64,000 nucleotides of DNA from Octopus sinensis. Taxonomy: Eukaryota. The stretch is from contig NC_042999.1 of the NCBI RefSeq assembly GCF_006345805.1, positions 65,410,001 through 65,474,000 of the forward strand, given 5' to 3'. Both the position numbers and the translations under genes were made by a program. The notes below the pieces were generated by a model that saw only the letters and a list, made by a program, of their open reading frames with translations, searched no databases and was not told the origin of the DNA. Position 1 is the stretch's first letter. Every line of letters begins with the position of its first letter. This document shows, one piece after another, positions 38,328-52,171 of this stretch.

Positions 38328-38341
38328 ACACACACACACAT

Positions 38342-38403
<62 letters not shown>

Positions 38404-38469
38404 AATGATAAGCATACTAAAAGGGGTCCAAGGAAAAATACATATAAATAAAAGGGTCGGGAACTACTG
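38181..38469. mobile_element. hAT (Charlie-like) MITE
   Basis: TIRs CAGTGCTTCCCAACC (38181) and GGTCGGGAACTACTG (ends 38469), with an internal (CA)n(TA)n. No 8-bp TSD was found. Confidence 0.65.
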
Positions 38470-38831
38470 CTGGGAACCACAGTGTAATGGTTGGGGACCT
38501 CCGTTCTGCGTTCGTTTACTCAAAGATCATATGAGGTTCGTATGTATATTGTGTATTTTGCTGGAAGCCTCTCTGTAGGATATAAATTATATAATAAAGC
38601 ACGGCCTACTTAAGGTCATATTTTAAAGTATCTTCATGCTTTTGTAGGTTTTATTTTTATTTTTCTTCCTTGGATACGATAATTCAATAGTGATTTTCTT
38701 CACGAATTACTTTGACAAGTAGCATCATTAGATATCTTTCCAAATCAGTGATAAAATATTTCTAGTATTCTTTCTCGGGTATACATCTAAGTTTTATAAG
38801 AAAAACCATTGTCAAAATCCCAATGTTATAT

Positions 38832-38860
<29 letters not shown>

Positions 38861-38862
<2 letters not shown>

Positions 38863-39375
38863 ATCAAAGTAAGCAGCAAGAATATCTTCGGTAATTTGGT
38901 ACGATCGTTTCACGCTACATCATTATATTAAACATTGTAAGTATTACATCAGTTTTAAAATGTTGAACAATCTTCAGCCATTCATAGAGGTTTTCCATCA
39001 ATACATATACTTATTTCCATGTCAATTACTAACATTATAAAGAGTGTAGATAAACAGACAATCAAATCAACCTCTCTGTCTGTTTATCTACCCTCTTTAT
39101 AATGTTAGCAATTGACATGGAAATAAGTATATGTATTAATGGAAAACCTCTATGAATGGCTGAAGATTCCTCAACATTTCAAAACTGATGTAATACTTAC
39201 AATGTTTCATAAAATGATGTAGCATGAAACGATCGTACCAAATTACCGAAGATATTCTTGTTGCTTACTTTGATTATAATCACTCCATGGATTTATATGG
39301 GTAATACCGTACAAAATTCTGGTGCATCTGACTTAAGTACCATATTCATTTGAATCTAAATTTTGCTGAACTTAT
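38861..39375. mobile_element. (TA)n-flanked fold-back element, 200-bp arms
   Basis: 38861-39060 vs 39077-39276 show 10 mismatches and a 16-nt loop, followed by a ~100-bp tail to a short (TA)n. Confidence 0.85.
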
Positions 39376-39485
39376 ATATATACCTGATCATTTATAGAGA
39401 AGATTGTCACGTTATTAACATTGGAGCCACATTCAGAAACAACAGTAATAGTGCAATATAAATGTTTTCCATCCATCCATCATTA

Positions 39486-39820
39486 TTACTTTTAAAACAA
39501 TAATAATTATGTAGTTCCTCTGCTTCCCTTTCAAACACTTTAATTAGGTTAAGTTTTGGAAAGAATTTTTTCATGAAGTGTAGCTTCATTGCTTTTCGGA
39601 ATTTTGGGTCATCTCTTGAACGTTTGTAAAAGGGAAAGATTTTGAACCTTTCTTCACCGCATATTTCTAGATGGTTGCACAGTGGAAACTTGCGCAATTC
39701 CTATTGTTGGGTGTGTTGCCTGGATTTTTGCACGTTGGCAGAAGGAATGGTTTGTTTCGCCAATATAACTTTCCACTCGGTTGGGGCAATATATTCAGTA
39801 AATGAGATTCTGAGTCTCGC
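39486..39820 (-). mobile_element. Penelope-like GIY-YIG/3' segment, inverted relative to the adjacent RT
   Basis: NLIY*IYCP..SYIGET..LCNHLEICG..FKIFPFY..FFPKLN. Confidence 0.8.
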
Positions 39821-39824
39821 TTTA

Positions 39825-40272
39825 AAAATGAACGCTTCAAAACTGACTGTATCATCAAGGTCACGCGCCTGATCCTGGAAGAAAACACCTTTAGATTCGA
39901 TAATAAAATATCGACAAATGAATTTCACGGCTATGGGGACGCGGTTAGCACATTCATATGCTAATCTAGTCATAGAATACTTGGAAGAAAAGCTTTATGA
40001 GGAGGTAAAGAAGGCGGTTTTTAGTCAAGATTTGAAGAAATATGTCATTAAAACGTGGAAACGCTTTCTCGGTGACTGCCTCATCCTTTGTGACAAATCA
40101 AATGACAACCTGCAAATACTTAACAATATACTCAAAGCACTTCACCCATCCATGAAATTCACGACATAATCCAGTTGCAGTGAATTGTCATTCATAGATA
40201 TTCACTTAAAAATACACACCAATTGTTTGATAGAGAAGCAGAGGAACTACGTTATTATTGTTTTAAAAGTAA
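39825..40272 (+). mobile_element. Penelope-like RT fragment
   Basis: LILEENTFRF..TAMGTRLAHSYANL..WKRFLGDCLIL..HPSMKFT. Confidence 0.85.
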
Positions 40273-40608
40273 CTAGCAGTATCGCCCGGCGTTGCTCGGG
40301 TTTGTAAGGGAAATAACTATATAAGCATTTTTAGAGAGTTATAGCCAAAAAATAGCAAAAAAAAAATGCATTAAAAATGGAAAAAAAATTATGGTAATTT
40401 TTTTTTAAATCGTTGACTCATCGTAGACATTTTTAGAGAGTTACTTCCCTTATATAATAGCGAAAAAATGCATTAAAATAGAAAAACAAATTATGGTAAA
40501 TTATTTTTAAAATCGTAGACTCATCGTAGACGCGCGCTAATACCCAGAAGGGTTCGATATGAATCACGACTATAAGAAACCCGCTTTTGGTTACACTGCA
40601 CCGCAAAA
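40272..40608 (+). mobile_element. Helentron/Helitron-type non-autonomous element (partial)
   Basis: Starts ACTAGCAGTATCGCCCGGCGTTGCTCGGG (subterminal hairpin) and has an internal ~100-bp tandem duplication. The family call is from recalled terminal motifs. Confidence 0.55.
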
Positions 40609-40869
40609 TTTTTTTTAGTGATAACAGGAGCCACTGTTCTTCTTATTTTTTCCACCCTACTTCCTATCATTGATACCTTTGAAAGGTCATCAGGGCCTGT
40701 GAGAAAATGTGCTTATGTACAAATATAGAAAAAAGAAGATTGCTTTGTAAGGAAATTTCAATGAATTGAACATATCAAATTGGATAGAAAGAGACCTCTC
40801 TGTCTGTATGACTACCTGTCTCTCTATCTACCTATCTACCCTTTCCCCATCCTTTACTATTTTCCCTAC

Positions 40870-41030
40870 TGGATCCTATACAGCTTGGCAACAAAGACGT
40901 CGCAGCTCATTTTTACAGCTCAGAGAACTGGAGCAACGTGAAATAAAGTGTCTTGCTCAAAACACTTTCTATAACACATAGCTCGGTCAGAGAATCGAAC
41001 TTACTACATCAAGATTATCAGCCCGTCGCA
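40870..41030 (-). mobile_element. tRNA-derived SINE, family B
   Basis: CTGGAGCAACGTGAAATAAAGTGTCTTGCTCAA is the reverse complement of the family B core. Confidence 0.65.
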
Positions 41031-41581
41031 CATTTTTGGTATTTTATTTGCAATGTTCCCGTTGTGAACTAGTGTGTTCAAACAATAATCACAAAAATTG
41101 GTCCAGTTTTACTCCTTATTGTTAGTAATTTGGTGAAATAACTAACCAAAAATCACTAGTTGATCGTTTGTTTAATTTGCTGGTTAAAAAAATCAATCAG
41201 CTGTTTGTCAAATTTTTCTCATTGCTATTCGTTACTCATCAGTGAAATACTCTCACTCCCCAGGTATGACTCTACATAGAACAATACGTACATACATATA
41301 TATGCACAGTGAAACATTAATATAAATGGCGGGATGGGGGCATTTAACACAAATCGAGTGGTGCAACGCGTGAGCATATCTTCAATATTTTCTCCCGGGC
41401 TTAGCTCCTCGCTACACACACGCACCGTACGCAGACACACACACACATACCTGAAGGAGTACTAAATAGAAATGTAGTGTACAATAATTTATTTAAACCA
41501 ACCCAGAGGATCTTTATTGTGTACAGGCCTATATAAAATAGATATATATTAGCAGCCATATAATATAAACATATTTATATA

Positions 41582-41661
<80 letters not shown>

Positions 41662-43422
41662 GTATGTATGTATGTATCTATCTGTCTGTCTGTCTATCTA
41701 TCTATCTATTTATCTATCTATCCCTATCTATCTATCTATTTATCTAAAAAGAGAAGGAATGGGGAGAGAAGGGAAAATTGGGAGAGTGAAAGAATAAAAG
41801 AAAACTCTACCTAGAAAGGATAAGTACGAAAGGTGTTAACAACCATTACAGAATGCTAAACATGGTCTCAAATCTATATTTGCCAATAGAATTCCACTTT
41901 AACTTAGATTAAAATTTTATGAAATATGCACTCAGATTTTCAATTAATTACTCTTGTGAACCCCTTGAAAAACGTTAGTAATAACGGAAACTATATACCG
42001 TAGTACAAAGCTTTACTAATCCCTTTTTTCTGAAAGCAGATCTCAGTTATATCTTTCTACCGTTGAGTTTCGAGGTAATCACATTTCATTCTAATATCTC
42101 GTATTTCTTTTCTGCTGTTTTTGTTACCCGCTTATAGCGTGCATAGGCAGCACGTTTTTTAGAGAACATATATCTATTGCTAAATATTAACTGTGTACGT
42201 TCGGTACACATTGTTCGTTTTATAAACGAATATGTATTTGGATATGTTGCCAAATATTGTAAATAAACTTCATCGCAGTGCAAATACTGTTTGATGTTGT
42301 TCTTATCACTTTGTTGTCCTGTTTTATGGAACGATAGTCAACAAATAACTCTAGTGGAAAGGAAAAAAAATTACGGCGTAATTTGTTATGTGCTAAATAT
42401 TCAAGATTCACTGGAGGGCAAATATAGAATCATTTGTGTTTGTATAAGGATTTTGTCTTCATATATGCATAATTCGGCGTATATTTCATTATATATCTTA
42501 GAATATTTAAATATTTGCTTTTAGTATTGTGATAACAGTGTATTTTAGTCGACGGTTGAAAAACGAATATAATATTAAAAAATAAGATTGTAGAAGTCCT
42601 TGAAATATAGATTAGGTCTTTATATCATTCTGTTGAAGTGTGTCTGTAAACTAAGGATTTTTAAAGAACTAGGCTTCAAGCATTAATTGTGTCACTAACA
42701 TAAGTATTCCTCAGTCGTTAAATCAAAAATTTAAATTTTTCAGTTAATTTGTTGGGCAAAATCTTTGAAACCCCGATTGGAAAGTTAGACTATTCTATCG
42801 ACAACCTAAATATATTCCAATTATCTCTTCTTAATCGTTATATAAATTAAAGTCTTCGATTTATTTCATTCTTGATAAAACAGGGATTGGAATAATTGCT
42901 ATGTTGTTCAGAACAACTATGTTGTTCGGTGCTCCGTACTACTGCGAATATATCATCAAATCTGTTAGAGCTTATTTTCATGAAATTTAGTTTACAAAGG
43001 CTGTGTGCAGTCTGTCGAAATAACTATTCCAGTTCTTGCATGAATAGCAGAATGAATCTATACACAGTATGATACACACTGCCTTCTTTTGTAAGTCTTT
43101 AGTGGTGTCCACTCTTTAGCCATTGGAATTAATGTTTGCACAGTGGACTGATAATATACTTTCCTGAAAAAGTCAGAAATTCGGTGATGTGTTGTAAGCT
43201 CAGCTGCTTTTTAGGTTAAGGAATGAAGATGACTTACATGGATGAGCCGAAAATAGAAGGTAAATGTTAATGGAAAACGTTATATAACAGCATTTATATA
43301 ATTTCGATACAATAAATACTTCCAAATTTGTTGATTTTGATAACGAGAATAGAAAAGCAGAAGACTGGCTCACCTCCTTAACTGCTAATATGTGTCATGG
43401 TGTAAATGACAGCTATTCCGTT

Positions 43423-43825
43423 GTGTTTCAACCCGAAGGTTGTGGCCATGCTGGGGCATCGCCCATGTAGTTACCTTTCAATTGGCTAATTCAATGTGAT
43501 TGGCATTTGGTAAAGGTGGGAGTTCGACACTTCTTCCCACTTTTGAGTTTTCTGCCTTGATATTGGTTCATCTGGGATTTTGGACAGTAAGCGGTCAAGC
43601 TGTTTCTTGAAAACATCTAGCCCCACTCCATGCAGATCCCTCAGATGTTTTGGTAATAACTGTGAGTCCTTGAGTCCCAAGCTATTGCAGCACATGGTCC
43701 TGACCTTAAACGGGACAGCTGGGACATTTGGAACAATGCAGTGACGTCTAATTTGAGGACTGGTGTAACAGTCAATTCCAAAGTTTGGTGCCAGCTCCTC
43801 CAGTATCTTCCGCACATATATCGGT
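43423..43825 (-). mobile_element. Older 3' fragment related to the 987-6196 LINE
   Basis: ORF 43486-43815 (RRHCIVP..LPKHLRDLHGV..FK..LDRLLSKIPDEP). The 3'UTR GTGGCCATGCTGGGGCA.CGCC is shared with 1028-1050. Confidence 0.85.
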
Positions 43826-45074
43826 AAAATTACTTGCAGCCTAATAGGTGATAGTCTCTTTTAAAAGACAAGGATATCTTATTCAATAGTAAAACGATGC
43901 ATTTTTCAGTGATATTCTCTATCGGCTAATTAGCAGAGCCATCTTTCACAGAGATGAATACACAAAGATATTATTTCAGAACACCTACAGGGATTTATGT
44001 GTTAAAACTGGACATAATTAAATTTTAATTACCACTGGTTCATTGAAAAGTATTAATGCACTGTAAGGAGGTTTTAGAAGGAAGCGTGAAATTTGTATAG
44101 ATTCTCTCCTATTTCATTTCTGTCACATACTTGTGCTGCAGCTGTCGTACGCGTACAAATGTCAACGATTTATCCTATTTTAATAACCGAAATACTTGTA
44201 AAATGCAGGGTTACATGCCATATTCTCAATAACATGTAATTCATATATATTTGATTTTTAATGAGATTTTTCCACGTGTTTATCGAAGTGAATTCTCTAT
44301 TTCCAAACTACCCCACTAGACTTTCAAACAACGCAACGGACTTGCTTTCATCTCTCGTTTCTCATTTAGTCACATATAATCGTAAGATAAAGAGGGGAGG
44401 GGGGTAAAGACAAAAAGATAAAGAAGAGAGAGTGAGAGAGAGTGGGGACAACTAGAAACTCAAGGTAGTCATATTGTCATACACTAAATGCCAGTTTTTT
44501 AAACGTTTTCTGTATGCAAAGTACTAACGAGAATTAATTAAAATGTTAATTAAAAATAAGCCGTGATGTTATCCGGAATCACTCTCAGCTAAAGAGAACC
44601 AGAGAAAAAAAAGCAAACAAACAAATTAATTGCTTTTGATAAGCTATTAAAAGTTTAACATTTATAATGTTTGTTTTCAAATTTATACTTTGACGTCATT
44701 TACAAGATATTGAGTCTGATGTACGTTTTCAAAATTTAATACACTTAACTCTGTTGCTCATATAAAGAAAGGGTATACGGAATATTGAGTAATTAACTTT
44801 CCTACATTGGAAAACAGAATTATTGGCTCTGCTGAAAGCGTTAATTTTTTTTCTTGGAAATACCACCAGCGATAGCAGAAATATCACCGCATGATAGAGG
44901 ATGATAATTATGTGTAAAGATGAAGGTAAATGCATATAAGTACTGGCATATCTACCTGAATAAGCAGATCAATTCGCAGTCAAATGGAATCTCATTCATC
45001 TGGACTGTAGTTACTACCTCACATGTAGAATTCGATAGAATAACATAAATTCAAATCCTTCGATATAGTATGCT

Positions 45075-45255
45075 TATATATTCCTCCTTCTTCCCTTCTC
45101 TGGATCTTTCCTTTACCTATGTTTCTGACGAAGAGCTCCGCTCGAAACATAAAACCCTCCTTCTTCCCTTTCTTTCTGAGCGTTCGATAATACTATATTT
45201 GTTCCACGTCCTCGCGTTGTTGTGTTTTCTCTTTGTGTTTTCATGTTTGATTAAC

Positions 45256-45258
<3 letters not shown>
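45075..45258 (+). mobile_element. Short PLE-type tail with hammerhead, ending in (TA)n
   Basis: Contains the motif at 45121-45155. Homologous to 23690-23875 and ~53945-54050. Confidence 0.65.
45121..45155 (+). ncRNA. Minimal type I hammerhead ribozyme motif
   Basis: GTTT-CTGACGA-A-GAGC-tcc-GCTC-GAAA-CA-TA-AAAC. Helices I and II are perfect; helix III has CA where CG is expected. Confidence 0.65.
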
Positions 45259-45325
<67 letters not shown>

Positions 45326-45478
45326 TGTGTGTGTGTATGAAATATAAAATGGAGCAAGGACGGAAACAATGGACAATGCCTCACTAATACAATAAAAATA
45401 ATATCAGGACATAACAACAGGTGTCTTTCGAGTAAGTACGAATTAAATTAAGCTGGCATGTGTGGAAATAAAGCCTTA

Positions 45479-45563
<85 letters not shown>

Positions 45564-46429
45564 GTATATATACACACATACATATATATGTATGTGTGTG
45601 TGTGTGCGTGCATTTATGTATAAATATCACGTAATGGTTTTACATGTTATCATTTACGAGCAATGGCGGCGTTAAATAGGAGTGACACCGAACCAATCGT
45701 AACTAATATTCAAGATGTACAAATTCACTCCTCGTCTTCTTGTATACATACATGTGTGTGTGCGTGTGTGTGTGTGCGTGTGTGTGTGTGTGTGTGCGAG
45801 TGCATATAAGTGTGTATAACCATAGGTAATTTTACACTAGGAGGAAAATCGTTAAATGTTTTTTTTTGCCTGCGGAAAGAAGATGTCAGATCTTCAAATT
45901 AGTAAAAATACCACCTCATACATAGCGCGTTGGATGTAAGCGGGCAAGACAATTTGAAAAAAAATAAAAAAACACCAGTTACTTCTATACTTCGAAGTTC
46001 TACCATTCATAATTAAACAATCTTCACTAGCAACAGTAGGAGATGTATAATTATAGAACTTAAATACATACCGTATCCCAAAGAACATGCATTCATATCG
46101 AATTCTATCATTACACACCATGAATTTAATTCATATGTCTTCAAACAACGCGCCTAGCCTGCATAAATCAGCAGTGAATTATGTAACTCAAGAACTAAGA
46201 TGTTTAAATATAAATATATTAAGGGTAATACTTATTAAAAAATATTAATGTCCAGCGTGCGCAAAAGTGTCCGTAGACTGTAAGTTATTTTTATGCATAT
46301 AAGTGTATATAACAGTAAGTAAAGTGAAATATTCTCAAGTGTTAGGGATTCTCCAAGATCGACATGTAATTAAAGAAAAGAGCAGGCTTTATTATTTACA
46401 GTCGGGAGCATAAGTTTATGGATTACTGG

Positions 46430-47200
46430 CCTTCATCAACACGGACACCTAAGTATCATCAGGTCTGACATACATTTGATATCTTGCCAGTCTTGTTGGT
46501 GAGTGCTTCACCATATTGTCTATATGACATCTATGTTGGACAAGAGCAATAGCGTTCATATGGAGACACGGAAAGTTGACGAGAATCAATTGGGTGATCT
46601 GTTCCAGAAAAATTTCGGTGCCTAGCCAAAGGATATGTTCAATAATCTCCACAATAATGCGATACCATAGGCCAAATCTGCACGAGATGTGGGCTAAGTG
46701 ATGAAGCCGTCCTGTATTTACTCGTACATTGTTGGAGCATTACTGATTTTTCCCCTGCTTGCTGGTTACAATTAAAAATGCTCGGTGGACAATATTGAAA
46801 GGACTAAAGACACGCACATTTATCTTCAGTAAAATCTTCGTCAACTTATAAACTTTCACTTCAAAATTACCCTGGGGTTTGCAAGGGATGTACGTCCTCA
46901 CTCACGTGGGATATTTATAGAAAAGTAGGCAAATGTGGTCATCATGGCCCCAGTGAGTAAGCCTATTCTAAGATTTTGTCCATCCTGTAATATGGACAAA
47001 TCGGACGGGAGACAGGCATCTGCCGATGCTCCCGCTGGCGATGGAAGTAATGCTGGAAGTGAATGGTTCCACTTAGTAGTCCCTCCTGTTGGGGAATTTT
47101 ATTATAATTTTCGCCTAAATTGATTTATTGATTTTATTGTTTATATGTGTTTAAGTAAAATCGTCTCTGTATTATTTTGTCTTCCTATAATCCATAATAC
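46430..47200 (+). mobile_element. Degenerate L1/Tx1-like LINE 3' fragment
   Basis: ICTRCGLSDEAVLYLLVHC resembles the ORF2 C-terminal CCHC finger (H to Y). The rest is heavily decayed. Confidence 0.45.
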
Positions 47201-47253
47201 AGAAATGTTTTGATCAATACAGAAATCATTAACCGTCGTCGTCCTCCTCCTCG

Positions 47254-47286
<33 letters not shown>

Positions 47287-47335
47287 TTACAACTGCTACT
47301 ACTATTTCTAGTAGTAGTAGTAGTAGCAGTTATAA

Positions 47336-47368
<33 letters not shown>

Positions 47369-48119
47369 TAGTAGTAGTAGAAGTAGTAGTAGTAGCAGTA
47401 GTAGTAGTATTATATTCATCATCAACCCTGACTCATTTGCACAAATATTCCGCTCAGTTACTACGTATGTCTAGATGTACACCTGTACTATACTCTGAAG
47501 AAACCAGTTATAATAACTCTACATTTTTAAGAAGATAGGAAATACCATACATACATACATACATACATACACACATACATACATACACACACACATACAT
47601 ACATACATACATACATACATACATACATTCATACATACATACATACATACATACATACATGCACGCATGCATAAATGCATACAACCATACATAGCTAATT
47701 AATGCAGAAGTTACAGCTCTTGTACTCTGACTATGAAGTAGGTCCAACAAGTTATATACCAACAAATTTGAACAAAATTTCAAGGTGAATGAGCAAACTA
47801 AAGTGATGCGGAATCTCCAAATTCAAACTATAAGTGGCACAGGGAGGAGTTGTAAGATACCCCAATACTCTCCATCTAAGATTCTTATGTGAATAGATGC
47901 ACTCACTTGGGTGTATGAATCGACAGTTCAACCAGCACCCCAACTCAACCACATATTTAGAAATACTAGGGACTTTCTTAACTAAAAGTGTCCTGTCGCT
48001 TTGTTAGAAACCGGCTGGAACTGTCTCACGAAATTAAATAAAACTCAAACAAAAATCATACGTATATACAGGCATGATGATTGCCACTTCTTTACAGAAG
48101 AAAGCCATGTCTTCAATTA

Positions 48120-49615
48120 ATAAATATTGTTATCAGATCTTATATAACTAGCAAGTCCTGCTCTTGACAAACAAACTCTACAACAGATCTTACAAATATA
48201 TTTTTAAGCAGGAAAATGTCTGGGATTGTAGTTAACTCCTGTCTACGAAGTGCTCGTTTCAAGATAGATTGTTCAATTCTTCGAGGCTCGAATGCTTTAC
48301 ATCTATTGTAGATTATTTGTTTCCAAACCGATCGATCTAGCGTCATCTAATCCCAGTCTTCAACTTGTACGTTAAGAGCCTTAAGTTTGTTTTTGACATC
48401 CCTAAAAGGCTCTTTGGGGTTTATGTCTTGGACATTTGCCACGCTGCAACTCCCTTTAAAACAATTGCATCCTAGCAAGGTGCCCAATCCAACGCATCTG
48501 ATTGCGTATGAGGATCATTTGAAAACCGGATGTGTTAGCTTGCTGAAGAACAACAGTGTCTGGCGTTAAAGACTTCCATTTGCTGTCTAGTATCCTTCTT
48601 AGGTAAGTCTAATGGAATCTTTCTAACGCCTTAATGTGGCGCCGATATGTCGTCCAGGTCTCAGAAGAGTGCAGGACGAGCATTAAAATGCAAGATTCAT
48701 AGATACTAAGCTTGGTGTTGTCGTTGATACCGTTGTCAGAGCACACATGGTTTGCATGCCTTCCAAATACTTTGCTGGTTTATTTCAGAATCAAGGGATT
48801 CATCTCTAGAGAGAGTGATGCCAAGGCAGATGAACGAGTCAACCACATGTAATCTTGTACCCTGGACGACGATGTTAGGTTCCACATAGGGTTATACTGG
48901 TGGCTGAGATAACATGACCATTATTTTCTGTAGACTAAAGGTAATTCCAAAAGTAATACAAGCTCTAGAGAAGAGATCCAGTATAGCCTGCATATCCTCC
49001 TCGGTGTGAGCAACGAGAACTGCATCACCAGCATTAAGGAGCTCTCGGACAAGGGCCTGGAATGTCTTTGACTTTGCATTACAGCGTTTAACATCAAAGA
49101 ACTTACTTGTGGTTCTGAAGCAAATATAGACGCCGATATCACAGTCTTGGAAAACGTGAAAATAGGTACAGCAAAATATATGGGAAAAAGTGCTGGAGCA
49201 ACAATATCACCTTATTTAATTCCGATATCGATGGAAATTAGTTACGACAGTGACCCATTGAAGGTAAGACGAGCTTTCATATCACTATGGAGTTGCTTAA
49301 ACAAGTTGACAAGTTGAGGTGAACATCCAAGTTTACCAAGAATGGTCCAGAGAACGGTCCCATTAACAGTGTCGGAGGCTTTTGTTAAATCAACAAATAA
49401 CTGAGAAAGAGCCACGCGATGTTCGATGCATTTCTCCTGGAGTTGACGAGCAGAAAAAAATCATGTCCATTGTGCCACGACTTCATCTAAAACCATACTG
49501 ACTCTCCGGGAGTATAAACATTGTAGAGGGGAATATCTATAATGTAAGCCGATTAAGTAAAAGTTTTGCAAAAGCTTTCCCGACTAATTCAAGCAGGCCT
49601 ATTCCTTTGTAATTG
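48120..49615 (-). mobile_element. RTE-clade LINE, degenerate ORF2 3' portion
   Basis: QLQEKCIEH..FVDLTKASDTV..LGKLGCSP..HSDMKAR..RELLNAGD..and C-terminal YICKICCRVCLSRAGLASY. Confidence 0.85.
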
Positions 49616-50223
49616 CAACACTCGGATTTGGATGGATGGTAAATTTAGGCAATATCCAATTTGAAATACGCAAAACCACCCCAGTAAATCACCTGGGCAC
49701 TGTGACATTTCTGCTTCTCCAATACCGTAGTGTAGACTAATTTAATAGCGAATGGTTCTAAATCTTTGATGATTATTTCTCGTTATAATAATGGAAATAA
49801 TAACTTATATGTAAGTGACTGAAACAAAATAAATAGTTGTATTTATGGCGTTATAAACATAAATATTGACGGCTATATACCACACCAATATTTCCCAGAA
49901 ATGTTCAATACACTACGTTAATGTGTCTGTTTATAGAATATCTAAATATAGTGTTTTGTCATATTACTCGCCATAAAATATATACGCTTATATATGTACA
50001 CACCTACACATGTATACACGCAATCACTCACACACACATATACCATTATATATATGATTACATATGTATGCGTGTGTGTGCGTGAGAGTGCGTGTGCGTA
50101 TACATGTGTGTGTACATATATGCATACAAATACTTGCATACATCATACACATATATATGTATATATATATATATATATATGTATGCGTGTGTACGTATAT
50201 ATATATATATAATATATAATACA

Positions 50224-50597
50224 TAATTAATCAATATAGGGTGGTGAAAAAAATTTTTGTAGAATTCTTTTTGCCACCAGCGGCCCAGTGGGAAAAAATT
50301 AAATAGTCATAGACCATTTTTAAGTTCAACATCAACAATCAAGGAACGGCCATAATAGGCCATTCACCCACTAGAAATAACAGCCAAAGCTTCAACCGCA
50401 AATAAAGATCAATTCCGTAAACAGGAGAAAATTTAAAAAAACATTTACCCTGTAATTTCTTGTAATTACAAGAAATTACAGGGTAAATGTTTTTTTAAAT
50501 TTTCTCCTGTTTACGGAATTGATCTTTATTTGCGGTTGAAGCTTTGGCTGTTATTTCTAGTGGGTGAATGGCCTATTATGGCCGTTCCTTGATTGTT
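50224..50597. mobile_element. Fold-back element containing a perfect 264-bp palindrome
   Basis: 50334-50465 is the exact reverse complement of 50466-50597 with no loop. There is a ~110-bp one-sided tail and TA-rich flanks. Confidence 0.88.
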
Positions 50598-52113
50598 AAT
50601 ATATAATACATATATGCATATATACATATGCATATTACATACATCTATACGTATATATATATATATATATATATATATGCATATGTGGGCGCAGGACGTC
50701 ATGAAACGTGTACAACCAACAGCCATCTTTCTTTCTTCTCCCAACTTTTGTTTTTTCTTCCTCTTTTCAACTCTTTCGAATTTTGCTTTTATGCACGTGA
50801 AAAAATACACGAATGAGGGAAATATAATTTGTTTTTGGAAATTTAATTTTTCTGAAAGAAGTACTGAATAGCCCTTCTCCCACCTCGGCGGCCCATCAGC
50901 GACCCTCTTTCGGGTGAAATGCAAATCCCCTGTATGAAAAACATAGGGATACGAGTGAATTGAGGAAATAAATAAATGGGCAGTTAGAGGAAGGGGGGCG
51001 CAAATGTCACCTCAGATATGCTAGAAAGAACAGGTAAATGATAGGACTTCTGAGATGACTTCCTTGTAAGTTTAAATGGAAGATAAGGTTTTGAAATACG
51101 CTCATCACGAACAGAAATGACAGAATAGGAAAATGTAATTTCTATAGGATTTGATCTGAAATTTAGTGCACAGCAAAAAAATAATATAATACATACAGAA
51201 CTTTATCTCTGTGTGTATGGGGGCCAAAGGAAGTTATTTTTGCATACCTTTCTTAATTGAAAAAGAAGGCATTGTAGTGAAGTTGTAACAGCAGAAGGTG
51301 TCTGTACATTATAATGAGCAATTGAAAGAGAAAGATAATGCATAATTCTACGCACGCGTGAAACATGGGGCGAAAATGAAAATGACCTTAAGAATGTTCG
51401 ACACGACTTAGTTTCCGGGGTTTCTCGGCGGCCCCTTCACTTCCTATTTTCCCCCCTCTTTGTGCCACTTTCTTTCACCTTCACCAATAGAACATCAAAT
51501 GTCACATCTGTGCTTGCTTTCTTTCACTTTCAACTATAGAACATAAATAGCGTATGATACATCAGTGTCTGTCTCTCACTCGCTTTCCGTCTTTCAACTT
51601 CTCCTATAGAAACTTGTTTTCTATTCTGTCTCTGTTTCATTCTCTTGTCTCTCACTTGTTCTCATTCTGCGTTTCACACGGTCATTCCGTCAAAATTTAT
51701 TTCTTTGTGCTTTGAAGAGAGCAGAAGTTGAAAGAAAGGAGAATGCGAAAATGGGAGAGTGCGCAGAAAATGAAAGATGTATGTACGTGTATATGAAATG
51801 GCCGCGTGTGTGTGTGCGCGAGAGTGAAAGTGAAAGAAAGAGATAGGGCGAGATAGTGTGAGTAAAGGTGTGTGTCGTAATGATCGATGTCTTTTCAGGT
51901 ACACACTCATATAGAACATGTGACGCCATCGTCGTCGTCGTCGTAGAAAATGCTTACGATAGGTGAGTTATGGAAAAGATAATTTTAAACTTTTGTAATG
52001 GAAATATGCCAATGAAAATAAAGTTTAGTTGGTAGCGGAAATAGAACTGAATCTTTTGATCCTCCATACGTCAAAGTCGGCAACTCGGTTTTGGAATGCA
52101 TAAGGTACATACG

Positions 52114-52171
<58 letters not shown>

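Noticed and set aside
43215-43259. 45-nt AG/GT-bounded segment containing MKMTYMDEPKIE
   Set aside because: Too short to distinguish from chance without RNA data.
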